DNA of 64,000 bases from Psammoneis japonica (Eukaryota), in contig QPGO01000031.1 in assembly GCA_008632985.1 (NCBI GenBank), positions 124,001 through 188,000 on the forward strand, in the 5' to 3' direction. Under the pieces are notes generated by a model. That model was not told the DNA's origin. It did no database searches and saw only the letters and a program-made list of their open reading frames with translations. Positions 38,763 to 50,028 of the stretch are shown piece after piece (position 1 is the first letter of the stretch; every line of letters starts with the position of its first letter). The position numbers were made by a program, and so were the translations under genes.

Positions 38763-38981
38763 CGAGTGAAATCCGATGCATCAGAGACTGTCTGGTGCGC
38801 TCTACAAGTTGAAGTGGTGGGACTGTGACGTGGCATCGGTGGGAAAATGACAATGACCATCGATCAGTCTCACTTGTTGCATCTGTTGTAGTTGCAACAG
38901 GCCCAGAAGCATCTCATTGGTTGTGTTCGCGCTGTCGTGCTAAGACTGTGAGTGGCTGAGCCTGTTCGGCAGCTAGATTTA
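38763..38981 (+). repeat. 5' LTR
   Basis: 219-bp ungapped match to 45222..45440. Confidence 0.9.
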
Positions 38982-39274
38982 CTCGCTTCATCAGAGCCAA
39001 GTCGTCAACTCAGGTTTGGTTTGACAAAAAGCATTGAACAACTGTGAAGAGACGATCGCACCAATGTGGCAGGGTTATGACGACGAACGCCGGTCGATCG
39101 AAGGGTGTGTGATAATTGTCGTCGCCTGGCATCAGTGAGTGCACAAGCAGTGAGGAGACATGGCCAGTCTCCATGCTTCCAATGGCTGTGTGTTGTGTCA
39201 ACACAGACCGAGACATCCTTTTTAATTTATGATTTCTCACATGACTCTGTTTTCCTGCTGGCACAGGTGCCACC

Positions 39275-40701
39275 ATGGCGGCTGCTCCTCCGGATCCTAT
39301 CGAGACAGCACTCGACTGGATCGGATTTGTTGATCCAGCTCAACGAGTCTCGCTCATGGCGGACTTTGCGTCTTTTGACGATTTGGAAGACCTCAAGGAA
39401 GAGGACATCGATTCTCTCGCGTCATCGTGCGCTGGGAGGACGGTTGCTGAAGGGCGCATTCATTTTGGTTTGGCCCGCAGTCGTCGACTCAAAGCTTTCA
39501 TCCATTGGGTGCAGGACTTTGGTCATGTGAGTGAGAATCCTGCTCTGGATGGGCTTGACCAGGCAACTTTCCGTGCTGCTCTCCAGACGGCACTCAGTCG
39601 TGCCGAGATCCGTTCCCAGACCAAGACCACTGCTGACTCTCTTGGTAAAGAGGCGTCACCCGGGATGTTAGAGAGTGAAAAGGATTGGGTTGAGTGGAGC
39701 ACCGGCTTGACGAATGTGCTTGGCATTGTGCCAGGAGTCTCTGGCATGCCGTCAGTGCATTGCATGCATCAAAACGATGCACCCGAACCCCAAGGCCACA
39801 ACACTTTTGTCCAGAAGTGCACTGCATGTGCACCCCTCCAAGGCCCAGCTTTCGAGGCTGACACTCGTGCGGTTCATTTGCTCATCGAGTCCCTTGCCAC
39901 GGGCACACCCAGTGAGCAATGGTTGAAAGACCACAAGAATGAGCAGAACGGACGAGTTGACTTCAGGGCGTTGTGTGACCATTGCCAGGGAGAAGGAAAT
40001 GCCTCCCGCCACATCTCTGAAGCCGAGCGCATGGAGAACACCCTCCATTGCAAGAGTGAGCGCGCCATGCTGTTTGAATCGTTTGTCAACAAGCTCCAAG
40101 AAATGTTTGACATTTTTGAGGAGAACGACGAACCGAAAACGGAGGCCCAGAAATTACGGATCCTTTTGAGAAGACGCAGCACCAATCACTGCAAGCAGCA
40201 GTTGAGACCTTGAAGGCACAGAATGAGTTTGGAGGAGGCATCACGTTCACCATGGCAGCCAATCATCTTGCTGCCAAAGTCGCCACCCTTCCAGAGACGA
40301 TTGCGCGTCGTCGTGCGATTGCCGCAGTCGCCTCTGGAGGAGGAAAAGAGGGTGGTGCCATCTATGATGAGGATGGATCCATTGACACTGGATGCCACAA
40401 AAATTGGCACCAGTTGAGTGAGGAGGACAAACAGAAGGTTGTCGACGAGCGCGTGCGTCTGGGTGTTGCCAAACAACCCAAATCAACCAAATGCCGTGCT
40501 GCATCCGTAAAGTTGCTCAAGAAGAAGAATCGGAAGCTGTCGTCGCAGCTTAAAGAAGCGAACCGCAAAATCTCCGCCCTGAACACCAATGCCAGCGCCG
40601 ATTCTGGCGATGATGAATCAAGGGCTGGCGGCAAAGACGGAGACAATGCCGGAGACGCATTCGGTGGTCGCAGCGAAAAGCACAGAGGAAAGAACAAATG
40701 A
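39275..40701 (+). pseudogene. gag: copia gag (1-bp frameshift near 40170)
   Basis: ORFs 39275..40213 and 40210..40701 join through a T-run frameshift (ILFEKTQHQSLQAAVETLKAQ). Motifs LKAFIHWVQD and QNGRVDFRALCDH. Confidence 0.8.
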
Positions 40702-43700
40702 CTGCCAAGCTGGACCCTGCTTTGTTGCATCATAAACTTCTTGTTGTGGTTGCCACATTGGGGTGGGGGACAGCCGCATCAATCAAAGGAGCAGCATTCA
40801 CGTGGCTGCAACAAACGCGTCTGTGAGGTCGTTGCCTCGACACGGCGTGTCTCGGCAACGCGGTCTGACACCACATGAATCACTCACATCCATGACATGA
40901 GAAAGGCACAACATGGACGCCTTGAAATGGATTCGCATGCTGACACCACTGTTTTTGGTCAAAACTTTACTCTCTTGGGTTGTTCTGGACGAGAATGTGA
41001 CGCATCGCCTTTTAACGAGGGATGCGATTCCATCAAGAGTGTCCCAATTGTCTCGGCAGCCACGGCGTGGACGTCACCGACATCGGGAGCAACTTTTATT
41101 CTGGTCTTCCACGAGGGCTTGTGGATGCCGGAGTCCATGGAGCACTCGCTGGTTGCCCCAAACCAGCTGCGGCACTTTGGTGTTGAGGTTCAGGACAACC
41201 CCTGCTCCGATTCACCACTGTGTGTCCTTGCAGAGGACAGATCTTTCATGATGCCGCTTGAAGCTGTGGGGACCAATGTCATTGCGGCGACTCGCACTCC
41301 TGCAGAACAGGAGTTGCACGAATGCCCCAAGATCCAGATGACCTCCCAACAACCTTGGGATCCACAGACCGTCAAGTTCAAATCTGTTGGAACTCGACGA
41401 TCTGCGGAGGAGGAAATGGAGCTAGTTCGGTCAATTGCGACGATCCACACCAATCTGACACACGAGTTCAAAGCCGATCCTGCCTGCAGCAACCCTCAAT
41501 CCGGGGACTGTTGCGATGAGCGATTCATTTGTGGAGTCGATCAAGTCCAATCAAGGCTCACAGCTGCCGTTAATGTGGAATCGGAGCCAACAGTCCAGAT
41601 CTCTGCCACGGAAACAATCGGCGAAGGACCTGAAGACTTGGCACTCCCGAAGACATTCATGTCCAAGGAGAGACACAGTGATGCATCGGCTGCTGACTCA
41701 AGTGAATGATGGTGCACAGGACTCAAGCAAGCAGCAAACATGCTCAAGAAGACCACACAAAAGCTCATCAGGTCAGCATTGATGCCAATGGGTCAACGCT
41801 GCCGGGCCGATCGGATGTTCACGAAGCCCAGGTTACGGGGTGAATGGGCAACCGACACGGTTGATGGCAAGGTGGTTTCGTTGGAGGGCAATCGACACGC
41901 CCAGATCTTTACAAACAAGCAATGTTTCGCTGCGATTTATCCCATGGACAAGAAGAGCAAGGCTGGCGAGGCTCTCAAGATGTTTTGCCAGGAATTTGGC
42001 ATGCCAGAGAAACTCCTGATGGATGGATCTAAGGAGCAAATGAAACCTGGCACGGAGTTCATGAAGACCGTGCGCAAGGAGGGCACAGATTGTCATGTCA
42101 TCGAACCCGATCGACACAACCAGAATCCTGCAGAAGGGGTTGTGCGCGAGGTTGGACGCAAGTGGTTCCGCATCATGGTCAAGAAGCAAGCACCGTGGCG
42201 ACTGTGGGACTGCAGATTCATGTGGACATGTGAGACCATGTCTCACACATTCCTTAGAGCCCATCATTTGGATGCTGGAGTGCCACCAGAGAACATTCTC
42301 GGAGAGACCGTGGACATCTTGGAGCACCTTGACTTTGGATTTTATGATTGGGTCTGGTGCAGGGAGAATGCCGGTCTGGGGGATGAGAAGCTCGGCAGGT
42401 GGCTTGGTGTGTCTCACAGAACAGGGAGTCTCATGTCGTGTTACGTTTTGACACAGACAGGCAGTGTCATTTCGAGAACTTCTGTTCAACGAGTCACCAA
42501 TTTAGAAGCCGCTGCTCAAGAGAAAAAGGCAAAGTTTGACAGTTTTGACGAGGAGATCAAGCGCCGGTTGAAGGAGCAAGACTTTCCCGACAACGAGGAT
42601 CGCAAGATCAGCCCCGAAGACTGGAAAGACCACCTTGGATGCGACGATGAATTCCTCAATGAGTGTGATTGTGTCATGTCCTCAGAGGAGGCAACAAATG
42701 ACGATGACGACAAGAAAGACGAGGAAGCCTCACCGGAGGTGGCGGACTGGGGACACCTTAACATGGAAGATGCGCTTCCAAGAGATGACAACAGTCCTGA
42801 GTTTGCTCGTGTCACGAAGAGGTTGAGAGACGCCAGTGGCATTCCGACAGGAACAGCCAATGACAATCCCATCCTTGATGCAAGGATGTATGAGGTAGAG
42901 TGCCCTGATGGGCACCATGCTGCGCTCTCTGCTAACTCCATCGCCATGAATGTGTTTGCTGAGATCGACGAGGACGGAAACCGGCATGTCTCATTTGACG
43001 AGATCGTTGATTGCCGCACCAACGGGGACGTTCCTGAATCCGAGTTCTTTGAGACCGAGCAAGGTGTTCGGAAGAGGCGCAAGACTGCCAAAGGATGGGA
43101 ACTCCTGTTCCAATGGAAGGACGGAAGTGCGACTTGGATCGACTTGAAGATTGCGAAGGAGAGCTTCCCAGTCCAAGTTGCCGAGTTTGCCATTCAGCGC
43201 AAGATCTTGAAAGAGGCAGCGTTTGCTTGGTGGGTTCCTCATGTCATGAAAACCTGCAAGCGTTCCATTGCGAAGGTCAAGTCGAAGTGTTGGCTACGAA
43301 CACACAAGTTTGGCACACGGATCCCAAAGAGTGTCCAGGAGGCAATCCAGATCGATCGCGCAAATGGCAACACCCTGTGGTGGGACGCCATTTGCATGGA
43401 GATGAAGAGTGTGCGGGTTGCTTTTGACAAGTGTGAAGGGGAGCTTAAGGACATGGCGCCTGGTTTCCAGGAAGTGAAGTGCCACATGATTTTTGATGTC
43501 AAATTGGGAGAAAACTTCCGCCGTAAAGCTCACATGGTGGCTGGAGGCCACACTGCTGAAACCCCTGCACACATCACTCATTCCTCTGTCGTCTCTCGGG
43601 ATTTGGTGAGGATCGCACTGACGCTTGCTGCGCTCAATGACTTGCAAGTCTTTGCATGTGACATCCAGAATGCCTGCCTCACTGCCCCTTGCAGGGAGAA

Positions 43701-45035
43701 GATTTGGGCCAGGGCAGGTTCCGAGTTTGGCGAGGATGAAGGTTGCATCATGATTGTGGTCAGGGCTCTGCACGGATTGAAGAGCTCCGGAGCAGCATTC
43801 AGGGCATTCCCAGCGGAGACGCTTTGTGATCCAGGGCACAAACCGAGCAAGGCTGATCCGGATGTGTGGATGCGACCTGCGGTGAAACCCGATGGATTCG
43901 AGTGCTGCGAATGCGTTCTAGTTTATGTGGACGATGTGCCATCGATTGGTCACGAACCCATGAAGACGATGGACGGCATCAGGTCCAAGTTCAAGCTCAA
44001 GGGTGATGAGGCAGCCGAACCAGATTCTCATCTCGGTGCCACGCTTTCCAAGATGACTTTAGCCGATGGGACCACCTGTTGGGCAATGTCTGCGGAGAAG
44101 TGCTGCAAGTCCGCTGTCCAAAATGTAGAGGACAGGCTTGGCAAGGAGGGGAAACGTCTGCCCAGCAAGGCGACAACCCCATTGAGCAGTGGATGCAAAC
44201 CCGAGCTAGACACCACTGGTGAGCTGGACGCTGAAGGACTTCACCACTGTCAAGAGCTGATTGGTGCACTGGTTTGGGCTGTGGAACTCGGTGGAGTGGA
44301 CATCCATTTGGAGGTTTCGTCAATGTCTGCTCACCTCGCTCTTCCTCGCGTTGGTCATCTGGAACAGGTGTTGCATGTCTTTGCACACCTTGAACAGGTT
44401 CCAAAGCGCCAAGTGGCATTTGATCCGGCTCATCCCAAGATCGATGAATCGCGATTCGTGAAGTGCGACTGGCACGACTTCTGCCGAGATGCAAGAGAAG
44501 CCATCCCGACAAATGCCGAGATGCAAGAGAAGCCATCCCGACAAATGCGCCGCCAGCCCAAGGTGATGTGGCATCGACACATTGTTTTGTGGATGCCAGC
44601 CATGCCAGAAATGTTGCCGATCGTCGCAGCCACACAGGTGTCTTGATGTTTGTCAATCGGGCACCCATCGTGTGGCACTCGAAGCGTCAGAACACCGTGG
44701 AGGCTGGCACATTTGGGGCTGAGATCGTTGCACTCAAGAATGCCATCGAGCTCATGGAGGGTCTGCGATGTGAGCTTTGAATGTTTGGGGCACCGGTCGA
44801 AGGGCCAACAAATGTCTTCTGTGACAATGAGGCCATCTACAAGAATTGCTCCATTCCTGAGTCTACACTCAAGAAGAAGCATCACTCCATTGCGTGTCAC
44901 CGCAACCGCGAAGCTGTTGCTGCAGGGACTGTTGGGATTGCAAAGGAGGGAACAGAGACAAACCTCAGCGATCTGTTCACAAAGGTCATGTCGTCCATCA
45001 GATGGAATTTTCTGCTAGACAAGTTCGCGCACTGA
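40702..45035 (+). pseudogene. pol: copia pol (PR-IN-RT-RH) with probable CGA>TGA stops and a 32-bp duplication frameshift
   Basis: Same frame as the gag end, with in-frame TGAs at 40876, 41707 and 44778. The tandem 32-mer TGCCGAGATGCAAGAGAAGCCATCCCGACAAA at 44482-44545 shifts the frame before RNase H. Confidence 0.9.
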
Positions 45036-45221
45036 GACGGATGCGTGGAGCGGTGGTGAGTTTCTTCCCCAGTGAGGGTTTGCACCATGCACAGAGGATT
45101 GGCGACTTTTCCCTGGCAAGGGTTTTTACGTCGATCGATAAGTCAAGATTGTTTGAGTTGGACCACTGACACAGCATTGGATCGAATTGTGCCTTACGAG
45201 TCAGGTGCATTTCGAGGGGAC

Positions 45222-45440
45222 CGAGTGAAATCCGATGTGTCAGAGACTGTCCAGTGCGCTCTGTGAGTTGAAGTGGCGGGACTGTGACGTGGCATCGGTG
45301 GGAAAATGACAATGACCATCGATCGGTCTCACTTGTTGCATCTGTTGTAGTTGTAACAGGCCTAGAAGCATCTTATTGGTTGTATTCGCGCTATCGTACT
45401 AAGACTGTGAGTGGCTGAGCCTGTTCGGCAGCTAGATTTA
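45222..45440 (+). repeat. 3' LTR
   Basis: Match to 38763..38981, preceded by a polypurine tract. Confidence 0.9.
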
Positions 45441-46617
45441 GGCACGTTCCCACCCTGATAATTTCGGCCGTAAAATAAATATAATTTGGCCAAATTTACG
45501 TATTTACGGGCGTCAGGCTGGGAATGAATTCTAACAGGAAAAAAGATCAAAATCACACGTCGAGCTCGGTGAGGACGCTACTACAGCCAGAGCTGCTCTA
45601 GTAGCTAGAGACACCATTCTGGATATTATGTAGTTGAGATCACTAACCTTGTTAGTGACAATCGTTGTCCATTTTGCGATTGCTCTACACTCGAGACTCA
45701 TGATAACACCAGTGATCGTCAGAAGAAAAGCATCCAATCCACGGGCATGAGGTGCAGAGAGAGCAGAAAGACAAACAATCGCAAGCAGTGCGACTACAGC
45801 ATTCATCAATACTAAATGAAATTTCTACAGCATATACGGTTCTAAAAAGTACTAGACTTAACTCTTGCGGGTTAGCAATGGCCTGAATCAATTTGAAAGA
45901 GCAAAGAAACACAGAACAAGTCGCAGAGAAGGGCTGCAGACAATGGAGCATAGAGCAAGGCACAGTGAGGCACATTGCCGACACTGATGCTCAAAACATT
46001 GAACCCCACCAGCATTATTGTCCTAACGTACGATAAGAGTGATGAAATAAGTGCACACAGCCTTGTCCATCATCATATTCCATCACAACGGAGCAAAAGC
46101 CATGTTGTTATTGTCGATGACCAAAATTATTGTGTTCTTGACCGTCAATCAAATAGCAACCTCGAGTGTACACCAAAGAAAAACTCCAATGTAACATCAT
46201 AGCATATGCTTTTATACTGATTCGGCATCAAGTCGGTAGCCGTATGGTTTGTGAAGAGTGTCATCACGAAATCTGAACAAGAGAAACGAAGACATCAAAA
46301 ATACCATTAGTCGACACGGTCGTCATAAGCCACAACAACAACGAAAAATCAAAATTCTGACAACTTGATCGTATCAAGCGCAGTCTCATTGATCTGTCTC
46401 TATATTCTTACCTTCGTAGACAGGACGGTCGTTCGTGTATGAACGGGTCCGTTCATGGCAGCAGCCATCATGGTTGTTGTGCGGATATCGGCGCGGAGAA
46501 AGAAAAATGGGAGAGCTTGTGACGTGGCACGTTCGAGCTCCCAAAACGCCGAATTTACCGTGAAAATTATATTTACGGGAGAGAATTTACGACGACCGAC
46601 ACCTGTCGTCGTAATTT

Positions 46618-46888
46618 NNNNNNNNNNNNNNNNNNNNNNNNNNNNNNNNNNNNNNNNNNNNNNNNNNNNNNNNNNNNNNNNNNNNNNNNNNNNNNNNNNN
46701 NNNNNNNNNNNNNNNNNNNNNNNNNNNNNNNNNNNNNNNNNNNNNNNNNNNNNNNNNNNNNNNNNNNNNNNNNNNNNNNNNNNNNNNNNNNNNNNNNNNN
46801 NNNNNNNNNNNNNNNNNNNNNNNNNNNNNNNNNNNNNNNNNNNNNNNNNNNNNNNNNNNNNNNNNNNNNNNNNNNNNNNNNNNNNNNN
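46618..46888. other. Assembly gap
   Basis: Run of N. Confidence 1.
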
Positions 46889-46963
46889 CCCCCCCCCTAA
46901 AACATGCAATTTGCAAGCATTTATGATGCCGCATTAGTCACAACCCCTTGGCTGTTGCCTCCA

Positions 46964-49281
46964 CTAATCAGGGCGACTGAAGGCGCACCCCAAGTTACTG
47001 CAAAGATTGCCTTTTCCTAGGAAACGATTGTCATCTTGTAAATCACACTCATCTTTGGACACCACGAAACAGGCGTTGTCATCACCCTCCGCATCTCTGT
47101 AACAACAGGCACCCGCTTCAAGGTCGGCGCAAATTAAATCAGCGTCGCACTGTGTGAAAACGCCCCTGAATGCCGCACCAGGTATGAGATCGCAATTGGA
47201 AGGAGTCATCTCCTTGCAATTTTCATCCTCAAAACTCGAGGAACAACAGGCGCCTTTATCATCTTTATTTAGAGGACAGATCCCGCCTGCAACCCCCAAG
47301 CAAGGCTCTTCCTGCCATTCGCCGCCTTTTGATTGGCAGGTTCGAGAATATAAGTCATAGCAAGTGAAATCCGGGAAACAACAGCCGCCGATTTCTCCTA
47401 ACGGGCATTGAGAGCAACGGCTCTTCGTAATGCCTCCTGCTTCCTTGCAGAGAGCTTTGGTAAGAAACACGCAATCATTCGACAAACAGCAAGGTACTTC
47501 GGTGGTCCCACAGGTGGCATCTTCACAAAGGCTATTCGGACCGTTAAAGACGCCGTCCATATCTTCACACTTATCCTTTAGGACGTCGTTGAAGCAGAGC
47601 CCGCCGGCACAGCATGCTCCGGGCTCATCGCCGATGGACTTACACGTGACATCTTCACAAAGGCTTTTCGGACCTTGGAAGATGCCACCAATAGTATCTT
47701 TACAACTCTCCTTCCGTACGTTGTCGAGGCAAAACCCACTGAAGCAGCACGCTCCACGATCATCAACCTTGGGCTCACAGGTGACATCTTTACAAAGACT
47801 CTTTGGACCTTTAAAGACGCCGTCAGCATCTTCACAACTGTCCTTCAGTGCGTCGTTGAAGCAACGACCGCCGGCGCAGCACGCTCCAAGCTCGTCGAAT
47901 ATGGGCATACATGTGACATCTTTACAAAGGCTATTCGGACCTTTGAAGACGCCATCAGCATCTTCACATTTATCCTTTAGGGCGCCGTTGAAGCAAAGTC
48001 CCCCGATACAGCATGCTCCAGACTCATCATCTATGAGCGTACATATGTTCTCTTTACAAATGCTGTCTTTTCCTTTGAAGACACCTCGGAGTTCCGACTC
48101 ACAAAAAGTGACCGGAGAGCCGTCGACACAAAGCCCGTCGCCGTAACAGCAAGCCCCGCGATCAACACCTGTAAAGTCACAAATGTCGGGCACAGTGCCT
48201 GGGGGAGAGCATTGCTCTCCAAAACCAACGAAAGTTCCTCCCATTCTGCCGCACCGCCTTTTCTTTACATCCCAACAACGTCCGTTCTGTCCAATGCAGC
48301 AGGCCCCCCGAAGCTTGCAATTGTTGGAGTCGCACGTGGAACCATCACCGAGGTAGGTACCTCCTCTCAATTTGCACCTGATCTCCGTGACATCGTTCCC
48401 GCACCTGCCAGCCTCTTGCAAGCAGCAGCCTCCTCGAGGGCCAACAGTTGGATTACACGCTCCCGGGACACACTGTGTTTTCGAGCCCTGGAAATCGCCT
48501 ATGTGGGAAAGTAGCAAGAATTAACGCTTTAGTCTGGAGCCCACACGTGTTCGAAGATATCAAATAAGAGAACAGCAAAGACCCTCACTACATACCTTCA
48601 CATTTCTTCTTTCTGCGAGTCCTGCATTCTCCGTTAGAATTACAGCAGGCACCAAAGGCTTCCGGACACTTCGATCGGCTACAGTTCGAACCGAGTCCCT
48701 TGAATGTGCCTCCACGATTACTACATTCACCAGGTCTTAGCTTAACACATCGACCTTCGTCTGGGAAACAACAAGCACCATTTCGACAAGATTTCAGAAC
48801 GCACGGCGAGCGCCCCCCGTAAGTCCCTCCAAGGAGGTCACACAACCGCTTTGTAGTCATAGTGCACTTAGGCTTTCCCTCCAAACAGCATTGGCCAAAG
48901 CTCTTTAAAGATTTACGTTCAAGGCATGATGAGTTTTAACTTATATACGTATAATCATTACTTTTGTGATGAAACGTACCGTTGCCTCTATCCCACCAAG
49001 ATCTCTGTCGATCTGAGAATGCATTTTTCAATGAACAGCATTAGAAGGTATGTAAGAAAACGGTGTAAGGATTGGGCGTAACGTTTCAGCAAAACTTACG
49101 TTTGTCGAGTCAGTTGAAAGCTCTGGACGCCAAGGAAAACCGCAAAGAGACCAAAAATTAGTCGAAAGCAGTGTGCACGCGAGCACTTTCAGAATCATCA
49201 AGAACACCGCCCTGACGCACCTGTCGCCTTACAGAGCACGGTTGTTATGACAAGAAGTCCTCCTTTGTAAAATAGCCTCAT
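46964..49281 (-). CDS. Secreted Cys-rich GACC-repeat protein, paralogue 3 (multi-exon, apparently complete)
   Basis: Exon 1 49281..49221 (MRLFYKGGLLVITTVLCKAT), 23-nt micro-exon at about 49122..49100, further GT-AG exons, and the 517-aa ORF 46964..48517 of GACC repeats. Confidence 0.85.
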
Positions 49282-50028
49282 TGTGGGCCAAGAAATATCG
49301 TATGATTGCAATAAAAGTTGATTCGTTTTTCGTTTTCGTTTTATGAGAAGCAAAAAGCCAGTCGTGTCGTCAATGCTGAATGCTCGCACGGGTGATGAAA
49401 TGACGATGGTTGTTGTAGGTTGTAGCTTCTACGTAGTCCAATACTAAGGAAAAATTTAACAATCGTGCCCTAGAGACTTGCAAGGTCATAAGGAGCTATC
49501 TGGACAAGCAAATTCTCGTTTTTCGTTAATTGTCAGATGAACACTTGTTTCTTTTTATTTAACAATTTTTCGTTAAATGTTCCAGTTTGTTAAAGGATAT
49601 GACAAAATCATGACAATCGTTCAAGTCAAAGTGTCACAGACATATCGAAATGGCATTTGGTCTTCGCACGACGACGACAGACGACAGTTGCGCGACTGCG
49701 CGCGCGCGACCGGCAACCGACTACTACAGTACGGTACGACGAACGACGACGAGACGCTGATTCTATTGCTTGATCCAGACCTCCCAAGCTGGAAGCTGGA
49801 AGCCGGGAGTGTGCTTGATCGATCGATTGAGTGTTGGTGGTTGGTGGTCTGGGTCACAACAAGCCGACTCAGCTAACCTTATTACTCTAGAAGCGAAGGA
49901 AGTTGTAGTTGTTGATAGAGAGTTGCTTCTTGCGTTGAGTGAAGTAGGGAACGTAGTTACCGTTGTTGCTCTCTTCTTCCACCAAAAAAGTGATTCAGAA
50001 CAACGGAAAACTCAAAGTGAATGAGGGA

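Larger units (their letters stand above)
23440..45350. other. Hypermutated nested-TE block B
   Basis: Continuous TpA depletion. CpG is depleted in the older part (24-38.6 kb) but largely retained in the younger copia (38.8-45.4 kb). Confidence 0.9.
38763..45440 (+). mobile_element. Full-length CoDi-like Ty1/copia LTR retrotransposon (inactivated)
   Basis: Two 219-bp LTRs, a PBS-like ATCAGAGCC after the 5' LTR and a PPT GAGGGGA before the 3' LTR. Domain order gag, protease (EMDSHADT), integrase, RT (YVDD), RNase H (VDA, CDN, NLSDLFTK). Confidence 0.95.

Noticed and set aside
23440..45350. Classical RIP or 5mC deamination alone as the explanation
   Set aside because: RIP creates TpA and hits both copies, and deamination cannot remove TpA. 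The observed direction is TA->TG/CA in one copy only.
45531..46616. Possible minus-strand membrane-protein gene (donor-like site at about 46410, hydrophobic ORF 45531..45809)
   Set aside because: I could not assemble a consistent spliced ORF or recognise a family, and it is adjacent to an assembly gap.
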